DNA from: Takakia lepidozioides
Taxonomy: Eukaryota > Plantae > Bryophyta
NCBI GenBank assembly: GCA_030704615.1
Contig: CM060732.1
Location: 9,672,001 to 9,736,000 of the forward strand
DNA length: 64,000 nucleotides
Direction of reading: 5' to 3'
Positions 36,601-50,300 of this stretch are shown piece by piece. A program made the translations under genes and the position numbers. How positions within the stretch are numbered: the stretch's first letter is position 1; every line of letters starts with the position of its first letter. Under the pieces are notes generated by a model. It was not told the origin of the DNA. It searched no databases and worked only from the letters and a program-made list of their open reading frames with translations.

Positions 36601-38690
36601 CTATGTATTCGCCCATCTGCTGCTGCTAGGCAATCCGCCAGGAAAACCCTCCTGGCTATCAACCTGCCTGCAGGTACATCCCCCTCAGACCTCCCTTGCC
36701 TCTCTGACCTCTATCACCCTCCCATCCTTAGCACACGTAACTCAACCTTTTTGCAAAAAACTTCCCCCAAATCCCACTATTTTTGCCACACCCCCTCACC
36801 CAAATCAGATCCTCTCAAATTCCCAATTTGAGAATCCCAATTCCCAATTCCCACCTCATCATGGTTCAAATTTTGAGGAGACCTCCCTCACCTCCCAGCC
36901 CCTATATCTGGGTAAACAGCCTCCTCCCTTCTGATAAGCGGGTTAAATTCAATTGTCTAAGTCAGAGGCCATCAAATGAGATTGATCATCTCAGCCTTGC
37001 CTTCCACCCCCATGTTGATTGACATGGCCTCTTGGAACATCAGGGGCCTTGGGGCGGATAGTACTTCCCCAAAGCACGCTAGCGTTAAGAGCCTTACCTT
37101 AAAAAAGAAGCAATTCTCTTCCTACAAGAACACAAACTTGATCTAGGGAAAATTGCTTCTCTCTCAGATAATCTCTGGCCACGGGCAAACTCCCTCTGGA
37201 AACCAACTTCCGAAGGTTCCAGAGGAGGCACCGCCATCTTGGTTTCCCCATCCCTCTTTCAATATATAGTCTCGGAAGGCTCATGGGTTCCAGGCAGAGT
37301 TCAGTACTGTGCCATAGACCTTCCAGCCAAAAGAGGCCGGCTAGGGTTAATTAATATTTATGCTCCAAACTCGCCAGCAGAGAGGGCACCGCTCTGGGAA
37401 TCCATAAATACCAATATGAATCTGGAACTTGACATAGATTTTTGGGTGTTGGCAGGGGACTTCAATATGGTTGAGTCTTCTATTGACAGGTGAGGTCTTG
37501 GACAGTTTAACCCAGACATGGCAGAGACACAACACTGGCACTCCCTCATCCTCAACCACAATCTGGTGGAAATAGAAGTGGCAAACCGGGGGCCTATGCC
37601 CCCCTATGGCCCAGTCTTCACTTGGTCAAACAATAGAGCTCTGATCTCGTGGATCTCCAAATGGCTAGATTGGACAGATTTTACGCCTCCTTGGACTGTA
37701 TCCAATGGTCCCGGAGGCTGCCCCAACAGCCCATCCACCCTGGTTTTGATCACGCCGTCATCGAGGCTTCATTGGATATTCCAAACACTCGCCTAAGGGG
37801 CAAGGGTCTTTACAAAATGAATGCCTCTCTGCTAAGATCCCAAAGTTCACACAAGGCCTGCGGACAACTTGGTCTCATGCTGGGACTGTCTCCCAAAACC
37901 CATCAGACAAGTTCATGGCCAAGATCAAAGCAGTGGGGGTAGAGAAATTGCATCAGTCAGTAGATAAGTAGAGAAATTGCAGCCACTAGAAAAAGGAGGG
38001 TAAGGGCACTCATCAAGTGCCTCTCACTCTGTCAGAGAAGAATGGAATCTCCTCGCTGTGATCAAGAAACTTTCGATACCTACCTGGAAGCAAAACAAAA
38101 TCTGCAATTCTTCCAAGACCTGCAGGAGCAGAAGCTTAAGCTGTCAGCAGGTGTAAACTGGTCATCCAAGGGTGAAAAAATATCCAAGTACTTCTTTGCA
38201 AAAACTAGGCTGAGAAAGGCAAGGAAGACAATATCTGAACTAGCTAACCGGGCCTCGGGGCAGTCATTCACAGACCCCAAACCCATGGACACGAAAATCG
38301 ACGCTTCGATAAAAGCAGATACAATAATTTCCACATGTCTATCAGATATTTTCTTCTTTTTTCATCCCTTTCTCTTTTTCGATTATTTTTTATCATTCGA
38401 ACGTGAGTACATTCATTGCCAGCTCCTTTTAGACCCTCTTTCAGAGTGACAGGCCTGTAGCAATAGCCACACTCAATGCTTGCCTGGCTCACTCCCCACT
38501 TCTCATTGCCCCGGCTGTGGCCGAGGTACTGGAAGGGCCTCTATCGGAAGAGGAGCTTGAACTGGCCCTATCCAAGCTGAAAGATGGGAAATGTCCAGGG
38601 ATCGATGGAGTCCCTGTGGAATTTTACAGAAAGCTTTGGCCTGACATCTCGTTAGATTTTTGGGCCATGGCCAACCACATTTCTCTCTTG
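33700..38690 (+). mobile_element. Decayed L1/Tx1-like LINE, copy A: ORF1 (RRM-like region plus CCHC knuckle) and ORF2 (APE endonuclease, start of RT), 3'-truncated
   Basis: ORF 34608-35372 contains CFGCGKHGHIKVNC. From ~37024: MASWNIRGLG, LQEHKL, INIYAPN, LAGDFNMVE, FTWSN, RLDRFY, DHAVI, SKYFF, KCPGIDGVPVEFY. The 5' boundary is approximate. Confidence 0.88.
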
Positions 38691-40215
38691 TTCCCTGTGG
38701 CCTTCTGTTGTGACACCGGAGCAATTATATGACGAGTTGGCTGTTTTAAGATATCTAGTACCAAGCAGCAAAGTGGGGAAGCTCTGTTTTTTGACCAAAC
38801 AGTGTCTTTTATTGTAAACCTTGGAAAGCCTGGATTCTGTTACGAGCAGGCTGTTTTAGGACATTTGGTGCCATGCAAAATTGTAGGGTGGCTCTTCTTC
38901 GACCAGATAATGTCTTTGGTTACAAGCCCCTGGATGCTTGGCTTTTTTAATGGACAATGTCCATGGTGGTAAGCACTTGCTGGCTGTTAAGAAGTTGATT
39001 CAGGCCTTGTGTTCATGTTGCCTTAGGATAAATATGTCGTGGCAGCTTACTAGCCTGTTGGAATGAACAATTCAGACCCTGTGATACTACTCTATGATGG
39101 TAAACTGATTAGAAAAATATCAGCAGTTTTAATATGGTGTTTGTGTTACCAAAACAGACTGGAATTCGTTTTCCAGCGTGCAATGTAGACATTGGTGGTA
39201 ATTGTAGCAATCTGAATACTTGCTTGCTATTCAACACCTTGTTAATGCATTTATACACTAGCCCCAGACCTAAACCAGGTCGTGGGACAAAAAACAAGGT
39301 ATCTGGTTATACCCTAGTGTGTAATTTGCTTAGAAAATGTCTGCAGCTCTGATATGGTGAAGGTGTTAAACAAAACAAAGCTGGAACTTATTTTCCAGGC
39401 TTTCAATGTGATCAAGGGTGGCAATTTTGGCAAGCTGAACACTTATTCTTGCTATGCACAGTTGTAAATATTCCATATGAAACATACCCAAACATGTGAC
39501 ACTTGTTTGGGTCCCTGTTTTGCTGAATATAAAGCTGATTTTATATAGGGGGGGTTGTTATGTAATCCCACCCCCCACCCATTCATTTCATTTACTTTGA
39601 AATCAGATGTATGCCTTTTTAAGACTGGTTTTTGAATGAAGGATGATTGATAATGCCTTGTTATGAGGCTGATTTGTCGTTAATTTGACAAAGACCTTGT
39701 TTGGTCTTGTCCATGTCCCGACAAGACATAGTATCTTCCCTCTCTTCTTTAGACCAGTGTACTTAGTGGTGTCTGTACACATTATCAATCACTCTCCCTT
39801 CTTTTTCCAGATCTGTATATGGCATACTAACACCTTTTTATGGCCATAAGAGATGGGGATCTAGCACATTCTTGAGTGGAGTGACACTTGATGAACTAAC
39901 ACCTGTTGGTTTTTGGCAGATGGTCAAAGCCATGGGATATCAGCCACCTCTTCCGCCATGAACATGGTGGGAAGCAAGAAACTCCTTCCTAAGGTATCAT
40001 CTTCTCCAACAAAAATATATTGGATGATTGGGCATGGAAAATAAGGCATACTTGATGATACCTAAGATAAACATTGAGCATCTAAAGGACGTCTGAACGC
40101 TGGCACTTTGAGCTAGGCCCTGGTAAGACAACGTGCTGGAGTATGTGTGTACACCTTATACATGATCCGGTCAATGCACATTGCTCTCGTTTGCTGGTCT
40201 CCTGTAGCCAATGCC

Positions 40216-41260
40216 TGTCGCGCGGCTTTTACTCACCCATCCCTTCGCTATCCGAGGCGGAAACTCCAAGATAGAAGAGTTGGAAATCTCTAAGTACTCA
40301 GCCCGCGCAGAACAATCAGTCATGACCTACAGCTAGTGTATCATGGGGGTGTTTCCTATTTGTTTCCCTTTTCGCATTCATCTTAGCTACCTTACCATTG
40401 ATAATTACGTATTAGTTTCCTTCACTCCTCCATTCAATCCACAGCTTCACTCAGATCTCTCTACACAGTGTGATTGTATCGTATAAATATCAGATTATGA
40501 TTTATCAGGTATCAGGCCGAAGCCATTGTATCTCTATTCTCCTCTACAATATCCCTACGGCTTTGCATCTAACAAGCATCTACTAATCCTCCTTCATCGT
40601 GCTCTCCGATCTCCGCTTCCGCCTGACTCCCAAGTCCTCCCCGAATAATGATCTCATCATAATCCCCGTTCTTCCCTTTATCCTCCTATCCGCGGTTCTA
40701 ACCGTTTCCCTCTCTAACCGTCGTATGTGAACTAACATGTTCCCTTCTCTGGTGTTGTTCCCCACAGTCGTTCCCTGTCCTACTCTTCGTTCCCTATTAT
40801 CGTGACAGCTGTGTCAAGCGGTGACTGGCTGTGTTTGGCTGTGTCGGGCTGTGACTGGCTGTGTGGCTATGCCGGGCTGTGACTGGCTGTGTGGGCTGTG
40901 TCTGCTGTGACGACTGTGACGGGCTGTGTGGGCTGTGTGGGCTGTGACGGCTGTGACGGGCTGTGTTGGCTGTGACGGCTGTGTGGGCTGTGTGGGCTGT
41001 GACGGCTGTGTCGGGCTGTGTGGGCTGTGTCGGCTGTGTGGGCTGTGACGGCTGTGACGGGCTGTGTTGGCTGTGACGGCTGTGTGGGCTGTGTGGGCTG
41101 TGACGGCTGTGACTGCTGTGTGGGCTGTGTGGGTTGTGTAACCCCCTTCTACAGTGCTCTGCTGTCACCCCTAAGGTTCCTGTTTGTCTCAGTCTGTGCA
41201 AAAATTAAGGGTACCCTACAGATCCGTATAAGTGTCTAAGTCCCCTACAGTCCTCTAACA
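40216..41260 (-). mobile_element. 3' LTR (~1045 bp), copy 2, with PPT at 41261-41277
   Basis: Reverse-complement homolog of 11646-12661, with TG..CA ends and the same PPT. Confidence 0.88.
40800..41140 (-). repeat. CACAGCC (GGCTGTG on +) minisatellite inside LTR copy 2
   Basis: About 30 ggctgtg units, longer than the array in copy 1. Confidence 0.92.
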
Positions 41261-41298
41261 TTACCCCTTCCCCCCTCAAAAAGCCGTGTCCTCACGGT

Positions 41299-44200
41299 TT
41301 ACTGTTTTCGAGTAGCAAACCTTTGTGAGTGATCACTTTGACGTTGAGAGTTTCGTGGTGGGCTGTGTGTACGAGCCCGAGGTCTGTCTCTGGTTGATGG
41401 AGATGGTTGATTACTACCTGGATAAGTGAGGCCTTCTGGAGGCTGATATCGAGGTAATCTTTCCGGCAGAGGAGATCCCCTTTGTTTCTTCGCTTCCATC
41501 TGAATTGTATAGTCTTCTCCCATGTCAAAAGAATTTTGTGAAGAACCAGTTGTATCAGAATCGTCATCGCCTCTTAGGTGTTTTAATTTTCGAACTTTTT
41601 GTGGAATCATCTGGGGCATACAATGCTGTCCTACCATGTCTGGAAGTTTGCATTTTACAACCTGGTGCAACCGTTGAACAGCAAAATTGGTGTAGACACT
41701 GAGCTCCTTGTCTGTCCAAATGAGTGGGGTACCAATTACTGGTGCCGCGTGCAAGTATTTCCATGCGATATGTCCCTTATAGAAAATGTCATCAAGTCCG
41801 AATTTCTGTGTTGACAAATTGTTGCAGGCTGCTTGAAACCATGAACGAATTTGAGAATCCTTCTGTATCATAACTTTTGGGTCATATAGGTACATATGAG
41901 GTGGCACCGAAGGTAATACCCAATGATCTCCACTGGAGTAACTTTGAAAGCGTGCTTGCATCTTTTGTTGCTCAATGTGGTAACGTATCAGAAAACAAGC
42001 AGCGTAGTATAGCCCGCACCCCATGACAATACTTGCTATCTCCTTGGTCTTGGTATAAATGAGTCCATGTACAACCTGGAAAGCAACCAATTCCCTCAAC
42101 ATGTACCTGCCTCGTGCCAGTATTGTGCAAAGTGATGATCTTCAATATGTCGATTGTTGGAAGAACTTTAGTCCTGGTTGCCACTGGCAGCCAAATACGC
42201 ATGATTTGGTAGTAATGTGCGAATGACTGCGGAGGACTAAATTCTTTCCAAGCCAAATCCAACATGATGGAATTTGGTTGAAGGGCATAATCATAGCCCT
42301 ACTGTACTCCCTGGCAGCTGGAGTTTTAGGTGGGTTAAAAGCTGCATTGCCCCATACCTCCGGCTGTGGTGGCTGTGGTGTGGTTGTAGTAACCACAGGT
42401 TCAGCTACTGGTACACTGACCTGTTGTGGTGGTGGTGGTACTGGTTCCTGTACCATTGGCATCTCCTGCACCTCCTGTGAAGACTGAAAAGCCAGAGTTC
42501 TGGCTTGCAAATAAAAGCCATTAGCTGTTCCGAGGGATATAGACTCTTTGGTCGATGTTTGAAGTGAGGTCTTCCACTTGAGTCTGGAGTCCGTCTACAT
42601 CCTCTTGTAACTCTGCTATCCTACTATAGACATTGTCTATAGTAGTTGTGGCAATGTTCTGCACCTGCAGTCTAAGCTCATTCATCTCGCTTTGGGTGAG
42701 CTTCCGTGGGCTTTGCCCTCTACTGCCCTTGTGCTAACCAGACCTGCATAAGGCTGTTATCCACCAAGCTGCTTGTGGTTCCCCTGAGAGTTTGCTCCTC
42801 TCTTAGCTTATACAATTCCAACTGCTGTTGTAAATCCTTCATGCGCTTCGCCTGTGGCTCAACCAATTGCGCATAGGCAGCAAGTAGATTATTGGCTTCT
42901 TTCGAAGCCTTGTTACTGACCGCGATTTCATTTCTATTGGCCACGATGGTTTGTTGCAACTCCACGATGTATTTCTCTTCTCAGCTTCCATCTGCCTGTA
43001 TTGCTTGAAAGTATCTTCATTGCGACAGATTGTATTCTTCATATCGACAATGAGCTTCATGTGCTCCACATTCTCTTCTTCTGCCTTCGTACATTTTTCC
43101 GCTTGACTGTTTATTTCTTTTGTTGATTGGTCAAGCATAGTTGTAAATGTAGCATTGTATTCCATCCTGTTATGCACTCTTGCAACTCCGTATGTAGTGC
43201 ATTCAGTTCTTGCAACTTGCTTTCATGCTGCACCTGCATTTGGTATAGCTGTTGCTTATGTGCTTCGTGCAACTGGTCTTGCGCGAGGCCTGCCTCAATC
43301 AATTGTTGCTTGGCCAATTGCAAAGCCATTTCTGTATTGGCCAAGTCCTGCTTCATCTTGAGAGTGACCTCTTCATCGACCTTGTTTGCACACTCAGTGG
43401 CAAGTCGAGCCTCAAACTCCTTCCTGAGTTCTTCTTTCAAGGCTGTCAATTGGGTAATTGGAACATGGGTTTTGACATAAGTCCCCAACAAATTAAGTGT
43501 CCTGCCTATGGAACTCATCAGCATTTCCTGTTGAGGGTCATCATGGTGAGGTTGCTGCTGTTCCTCCCGATCTTCAACAGTATGATGTCTCACTAACCAT
43601 TCAGACCATTGTCCCACCGGATTTTCTTCCTGAACTACTTCATTCATGACCGGTGCTACAGTGTCATGGCCTTCTGCCTGTGGTACCTCCAACACAGGTG
43701 TGTGCATTATATGCACCTCAGGATTTCCTTTGGGCAACTGTTGCACCTCTGGGATTTCTGTCTCCTTACCAGACCAGAATATTCATAGAGAAGGTCCCCT
43801 TTCTCTATTTCTGCCACTATCTGCTCTGTAGTTGGAATATCTATCCCTTCACTTTCCAAATCAATTATTTCGGTTTGAGCTGCATGGATAACTTGTGACC
43901 TTGTGACAAGTCGTTCAAGTGGCTGTGTTGTTGTGTGATGCAGAAGTAACTTCTTCCTCCCTCTCTGAAGGTCCTGCTTCCAGTAATAACATTCTTTTGT
44001 GCTGCTGTGCCCCTTCCTGGTTATGAGCTTGGGAAACATTATCATGCGGAATCCGTGAAGCCAGTGGATTCGCCACTACAGTCTTTCCCCTTCTCTGCCT
44101 CTTAGTCTCTGGTTGTGCTGCTAGTCCACCCTCACTGTGTGAAGAGCCTTGCTCTTCCATTGCAGTTGTTTCTGGCTCAAACACTCCCATTTCCTTCCTT

Positions 44201-45046
44201 TCTTGTGCATTAAGTATGCCCGAACTAAGGATTATTTGAGCAATGATTGGGCCAGACACTATGATAGGAGATTTTGCGGTAGTACTTGTAATCTTTTCAT
44301 CTCCTCTACCAGTGCATTGTACATTATGTCCCCATAGTACCTCTTGTCCCTTCAAGCCTTTGAGGATTTCCTCTGTGAAGGATTTGCTCAAATATTGTTG
44401 GTTCTGTTTCAGGGCAATCAGAACGTTCAATACTTGGCTTATGTCTTTTAACCCTGGGTACACAGCTTTGGTACAAAGCATACCCTGAGTTTTAAAGAAA
44501 CTCCCTTCTTGGAATAAATCCCCTATTTGCAGTCTTTCCCTGTGTTCTTCCACATACACATGACCTGCTGGCAATTGAAACAATTGCTGGAGGTATAGGG
44601 AGTAATCATTAATTCAACTCCCTTCACCGTTGTTGTTCCTGTCTTTGGCTCAAAGTTCTGCAAAAATTGTAACATGTACTGTCTATGGTGTAGTGTCCAA
44701 TCCTTGCTTTGCAATCCTTCCAATCTCAGCTCCTTCAGTATCTTTATCGCCTGTGGGGTAGCCATCGTTTGTTTCTGCAGAATGGTGGTGCTCTTCACCC
44801 TGATTTCCTCCATTCCTCTCACTCTCTTCATCTTAGACTCACCGAACTGCTTTGGCTGTAACAACTGCAGGATGCCTGTAGTGCACAAAGCAGAAACGTA
44901 TGGTTGCCGCAGAGAAGCTATGGGTAACTTCTTGTAAGCCTGCGGGCTTGCAAGCATTGTTCAAGAGAAAAGCTCTGCTCTTTCGTTTCGTGTCTCTGCC
45001 ACTGCGTAAGTAATATTGCGAGCGTAATGTCTGTTAGTTCCTCCAT
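41299..45046 (-). pseudogene. Large extra ORF of the LTR element, copy 2 (~1250 codons), broken by many small frameshifts
   Basis: ORFs 44523-44957, 43915-44583, 43707-44045, 43111-43746, 42839-43177, 42720-42965, 42142-42510, 41972-42265 and 41299-42102 tile the copy 1 protein in order. Probable ATG at 45046 (MEELTDITLAILL). Confidence 0.85.
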
Positions 45047-45485
45047 AGTTTCCAAGTTATAGCATTTATGGCCTGTCCTGTCGAGACGCCCGTTACTCTG
45101 AACGACGCCGCCTCTTGCGCTCAATTTCCCTCCATTTTCTTGATCATTTTTCTGGTTTTCTATTGGCTGTGGCCGCTGTGACTGGATTTTAACTTTTATC
45201 TTCTTTAGTGGACTTTCCCTGTTGGATAGTCCACTAGGATCACACATGCGACATGAATTCGCTTTCTGTACTTGCCGTTCGTTCTGTTCCCTTTTTCCGT
45301 AATCATTAATGGGTCCGCCTTTCATCCTTTTGACGGCCGTCTGTCCCTTTCTTTTTACACCTGTCCTTGCACTTCATTCTCTGCTGTGTGTCGCACCCTG
45401 ACCTCCACGTGTCTATTTTTAAATTAATTCCGTTTTTCTTCCTTCAGCCATTTTACTGAAGTTTATGTGTCCACTTTCACTGATT

Positions 45486-45656
45486 CTATGGATCGTGTAA
45501 CTAGTAGGCTGTCTTGAGCTGTGATAGGCTGTGTTGCACTGTGGTAAGCTGTGATAGGCTGTGACACGCTGCGGTAGGTGTGATAGGCTGTGTCACGCCT
45601 TGTGGTTGTAGTTGGCTGTGTCACGTCGTGACGGCTGTGATAGGCTGTGTCACTCG
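45486..45656 (-). repeat. GGCTGTG-containing ~28-bp repeats upstream of the extra ORF, running into the gap
   Basis: Four copies of tgtgataggctgtg plus variants. Confidence 0.8.
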
Positions 45657-46156
45657 NNNNNNNNNNNNNNNNNNNNNNNNNNNNNNNNNNNNNNNNNNNN
45701 NNNNNNNNNNNNNNNNNNNNNNNNNNNNNNNNNNNNNNNNNNNNNNNNNNNNNNNNNNNNNNNNNNNNNNNNNNNNNNNNNNNNNNNNNNNNNNNNNNNN
45801 NNNNNNNNNNNNNNNNNNNNNNNNNNNNNNNNNNNNNNNNNNNNNNNNNNNNNNNNNNNNNNNNNNNNNNNNNNNNNNNNNNNNNNNNNNNNNNNNNNNN
45901 NNNNNNNNNNNNNNNNNNNNNNNNNNNNNNNNNNNNNNNNNNNNNNNNNNNNNNNNNNNNNNNNNNNNNNNNNNNNNNNNNNNNNNNNNNNNNNNNNNNN
46001 NNNNNNNNNNNNNNNNNNNNNNNNNNNNNNNNNNNNNNNNNNNNNNNNNNNNNNNNNNNNNNNNNNNNNNNNNNNNNNNNNNNNNNNNNNNNNNNNNNNN
46101 NNNNNNNNNNNNNNNNNNNNNNNNNNNNNNNNNNNNNNNNNNNNNNNNNNNNNNNN
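45657..46156. other. Assembly gap (500 N)
   Basis: Run of n characters. Confidence 1.
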
Positions 46157-47399
46157 GTTTGAGAATCCCTTTACTACAATGTCATACTTCCTTGGATCTA
46201 GAGTGGGTCCCACCATAGTATATTGGCAGCTGGCGCCCCCCTGGGAAAACGAGCCCCCCTAGAGTCCTCAAACTGAGATTTATTTCCAGGAGCCATATTG
46301 CCAAGATGCAGGAGATGAAGGAACGAGCTGAACCAATAATATATATACATATCTATATATATATATGAATGTGGAGCTTTTTGTTTAATATTTGGTTTTT
46401 TTGTTTTTTTTTAAAGCCCTTCTGTGCAAATTCTACTTTGCAGCAATCATGGAATCCCAAGAACACTGTCATGCCCCTGCAGCCATATAGCCACATATGG
46501 GCTTTCTATAGACGATGAAATGGTCCTGCTTGGTGCTCGCTCTCCATAATGTCAAACTACGATAGATCCGCTAAACAACCAGCAAGCGACTGCCCAGTAT
46601 TTGACACCCTCAGAAGTGCAACCCTCTGGCATCTATGGCAAGCCAGATGCAAAAGGGTTTTCTCTGGAACCACTTGCTCTATATCATCTCTCCGATTCAG
46701 CTATCTACTATGACCTGCAAACACAATCAAGGAAAGCCTGGAACAACCTATGTGTTGACATTCTAAGGAGTCATGTATTGTGCTTCCTCCAATACCTGGG
46801 CACATCAAGGTATCATATGTAGCAGCAACTCCCACGATCACTGTGAATGGAAGCAAACCACCACCGCCCAGTTGGAGTAACCTCAATACAACAATCCACC
46901 GCATCGCCGGAATTTGACAGGGACATTAACTAGAAACATGTCAAGGAGACCGCCGTGCAATTTTAGCTCCACTTTTGCTAATGAGCAGAAGTCATTAATA
47001 CTTTCTAGTGTATCTTGATCTCCTCTGTAGTGCAACTAGTTGTCATGATGGAGTTCTAGGCTCGTTGCTCGATAGGTAGACTGACAATCTTGAGGCAATT
47101 AGTAGCAAGATCTGCATTACTCAATTCTGAGCAGTAAGTTCCGTATGTATCTGCGAGAAGTATAAATGTTCGTATATCACTGACATCGGTGTGTGTGCCT
47201 AATGGTGTACCCGTGGGTTTTAATTTTTTTCCCTCCAATAATTCCAAATAAAGTTCTTCTTAGGGCCACTCTCCCCTGTTTTTTTTTGTTTTTTTTTTTA
47301 AAGAAAAAAAGGCCCCAGGCCTACAATATCTTTGGCTTAATGAAAAATGACAAATACTTTCATTCATCACCAAACCTTAGATCTCCTCACTTAAGTTTT

Positions 47400-50300
47400 C
47401 TTGTTTTCCCGCGCCATGTCTAGCCGCCTGCTTTCGACTTGAGTATCTCTCTCTCTTTCTTTATTCATGATTCAAATTTTAGCTCCTATCAACATCAACA
47501 CTCCTCAGGGTGATCCTTGGGAATTGGTTACTTATGCCAAATCTAGGGCTTCATGTGTAGTTTTTGGGGTGAATCCCAGGATGGAGATGTGTCCTTTTAA
47601 AAACTACAGCTCTAGCTTAGGCTTGGATTTCATGGCTAATGGTAACCATCTCGAGACTTGATAACAGGGGTACGGTGAAGGTTGCAATGACCAAAAGTGC
47701 TTCTAATAGAAGTCCCCGCATCAATTTCAATCTCAAAGAAGTTCGTCCCTTGAATGGCTGGAGAGCGGTCAAGACCATTGGTGATTCAATGGGCCGCTCC
47801 TAGGAAGACAACCAGGGCACAACTTCAACTTGAAGAGTTTCTAATCGGTTTTGATGCTCTGGATGAGGTTGAATCCAAACAACGCAGAAGGACAAGATGC
47901 CCCTAAGTGTACGGAACCTGAACGTCCTGAATCTGAAGGATTTGGTACTCCTGATGGTTTACCAATCCTCAAGGTTTATTACACAAGACGAACAATCCTA
48001 TACAGGGGTAATTGTCCCCAAGCCGTCAGATGGAACAATCTGTCCCTAAGAAGTGTGCAGAGGCCTGAACGTCCGTGTAACTGAAGGATTTGGTACTCTA
48101 AAATGGTTTACCAATCCCCAAGTCTACACAAGACGAGCAAATCTCTACACGGGGCTAATTGTCCCCAAGCACGTCTGACGGACAATCTGCCCCTATGTGT
48201 GCGGAGGCTGTGCGTCGTGTCAACTGAAAGATTTGGTACCCTGAATGGTTTACCAATTCTAACAAAGTTTACACAGAACGAGCAAAATCTACAACATGGG
48301 TAACTGTCCCCCCTTTGCAGAACGGTTTGGCCGTCCCAGGAGCAATCACAAGCTACATAGACGACAAACAATTCACAACGCAAAGGGCTGGCTTGCGGCT
48401 GGCCACTTTCAACTTCTCAGGATTGATCCAACCAAAGGAAACACCCTTGAAGTGGGACCAAGTTCTTCGGACTAATGATATTCATATCTGTGTTGGGCAA
48501 GAACCATGGGGAAACGTCGGATAACTGGTTGGAGATGTCATTGGTTATAAATGGGCAGGTAAGATGTGTACTCTCAAGGGCAGCCTCTGCCAAACGCGGT
48601 CAAAAAGGGGTTGGATTCTTTGTCCGTGATTTCTTGTTTGACAATGTGAAATTATCAACAAGGTTTGAGTAACGAGCATAGTATATCTGGCTAAAACTGA
48701 ATTTGAAGGGCGGCATGAGTTACAAAGGACCTCTTTGTTGGTTGTGTTTACATGCCCACAGAGGGACCCTTAGTGCTGACGCAGACAAGGCCTTCGAAGA
48801 TGTAAAGCTGGACTGTGCTTTCGTTCCTTGCCAAAGGTCAGGTGGTTAACTATTGGGGGACTTCAATGCCCGGGTGGGCAAAGGGATCCATCAGGACGAT
48901 ATCATTGGACCTTTTGTGAGGACGAGCTGAATTCTAAATGGCAGACGGTTAATTAACTGTCTAGAAGAGCTCCTTCAGCTTTTGACCTTGAATACAGGAC
49001 AAGAGGTGACCAAGTGCAGTGGACTCGTGAGAAACCCCCAAACTGGGGAACGTTCCATTGTGGGACATATCATAATGGACAAAATTTTGTTCCCCAGTGT
49101 GCCGATGTTTGTTATCGACAGAACTGATATTGGTACCTCTGACCACTTCCTGGTTTGGACTGAGATCAAAAGGTGTTTTTCCCTCCACCACCAAGAGATC
49201 TGTGAAACGTTCGATTCGGAAGTGGCGCATAGAAAAAAATTCCACAATGAGGAGGTCAAGGCTGAGTACGTCCAGCCTTGCAAGAGGCTCTCCCTCATTT
49301 TGTCCAATCGCTCCAAGAACTTCAGTCACGCTCTGTTAATGCAAGAAATGAAGTCGAAAGAGCAGTGGACTCTTGGGAGAGTTTCGTTTCCTCCGTGGCT
49401 GACAAGATCATTGGGAGGAAACTAATTGTCTGCGGTAGAGCAGTTAATTGGTGGACTAATGAGATTAAACTCAAGATAGCTGAGAGACGAGCCCTCTATA
49501 AGAGTGCTGCAATTTGGAAACCAACAGAGAATGTGTTGGCGAGGTACTACCAGCTCCGTAAAGATATCAATCAGCTTGTTAGGTCTCAGAAGAAATTATA
49601 CTGGGACAAGTTATACAGTGAAATAAACTCAAACCACCATGGTGGTAATGACAAGTAATTCTGGTTGGCCCTCAACGTTTTGTACAACCGAAAAACGGTC
49701 AGCAAGTTACAAGCGCTGAAGACTACTACAGGTGCAGTGGTGACTTCATCGGTTGACATTGTCAAAACCTTTGAAACTCACTACAGTATCCTTGGCAGAA
49801 CTTCTAGGTCTAACAGTGAGGGGTCTTTCTGCTGAATGGAGGGACACAGTTGGAAAAACTGTTCCTATGATTCAAAACAGCCCTGATGAACTGGAGTATA
49901 TTTCAATGGCTTATAATGCTCCCATTAGTTCTTCTGAGATTGTGGAAGCAATTGAAATTTAAATGGATATAAAGCTGGTGGACCTGATGGTATTGTCAAC
50001 GAGCTTATCAAGCACGGTGGCGATCCCATGATAGAGGCCCTAGTTCTCCTCTTTAACCTTATCTGGAAGACTGAAATGATCCCCTTTCGCTGGCGACAGG
50101 GGGTCATTGTCAATCTATACAAGAAGGGTGACAGAGAAAGAACCGGGGAACTACCGTGGCATCACGCTCCTCAATGCTGTTGGCAAGACATTCTGCAGAG
50201 TTATAAGTACTCGTCTCGAGGTTGATCTGGAGTCCAGAGGTTGTTTTCCACGAAGGCCAAGCTGGCTTTCGGCGAAACAGGGGCTGTGTGGATCATATCT

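Noticed and set aside
11646-41260. The two LTRs as the ends of one 30-kb element
   Set aside because: They are inverted relative to each other and each has its own PPT and extra ORF, so both are 3' LTRs of separate insertions.
45580-46262. Long ORFs in the ORF track
   Set aside because: These are artefacts of translating the N gap.
47933-48240. Hammerhead ribozyme repeats
   Set aside because: CTGAAGG and CTGAAAG do not fit the CUGANGA core, and no properly placed GAAA or stems were found.
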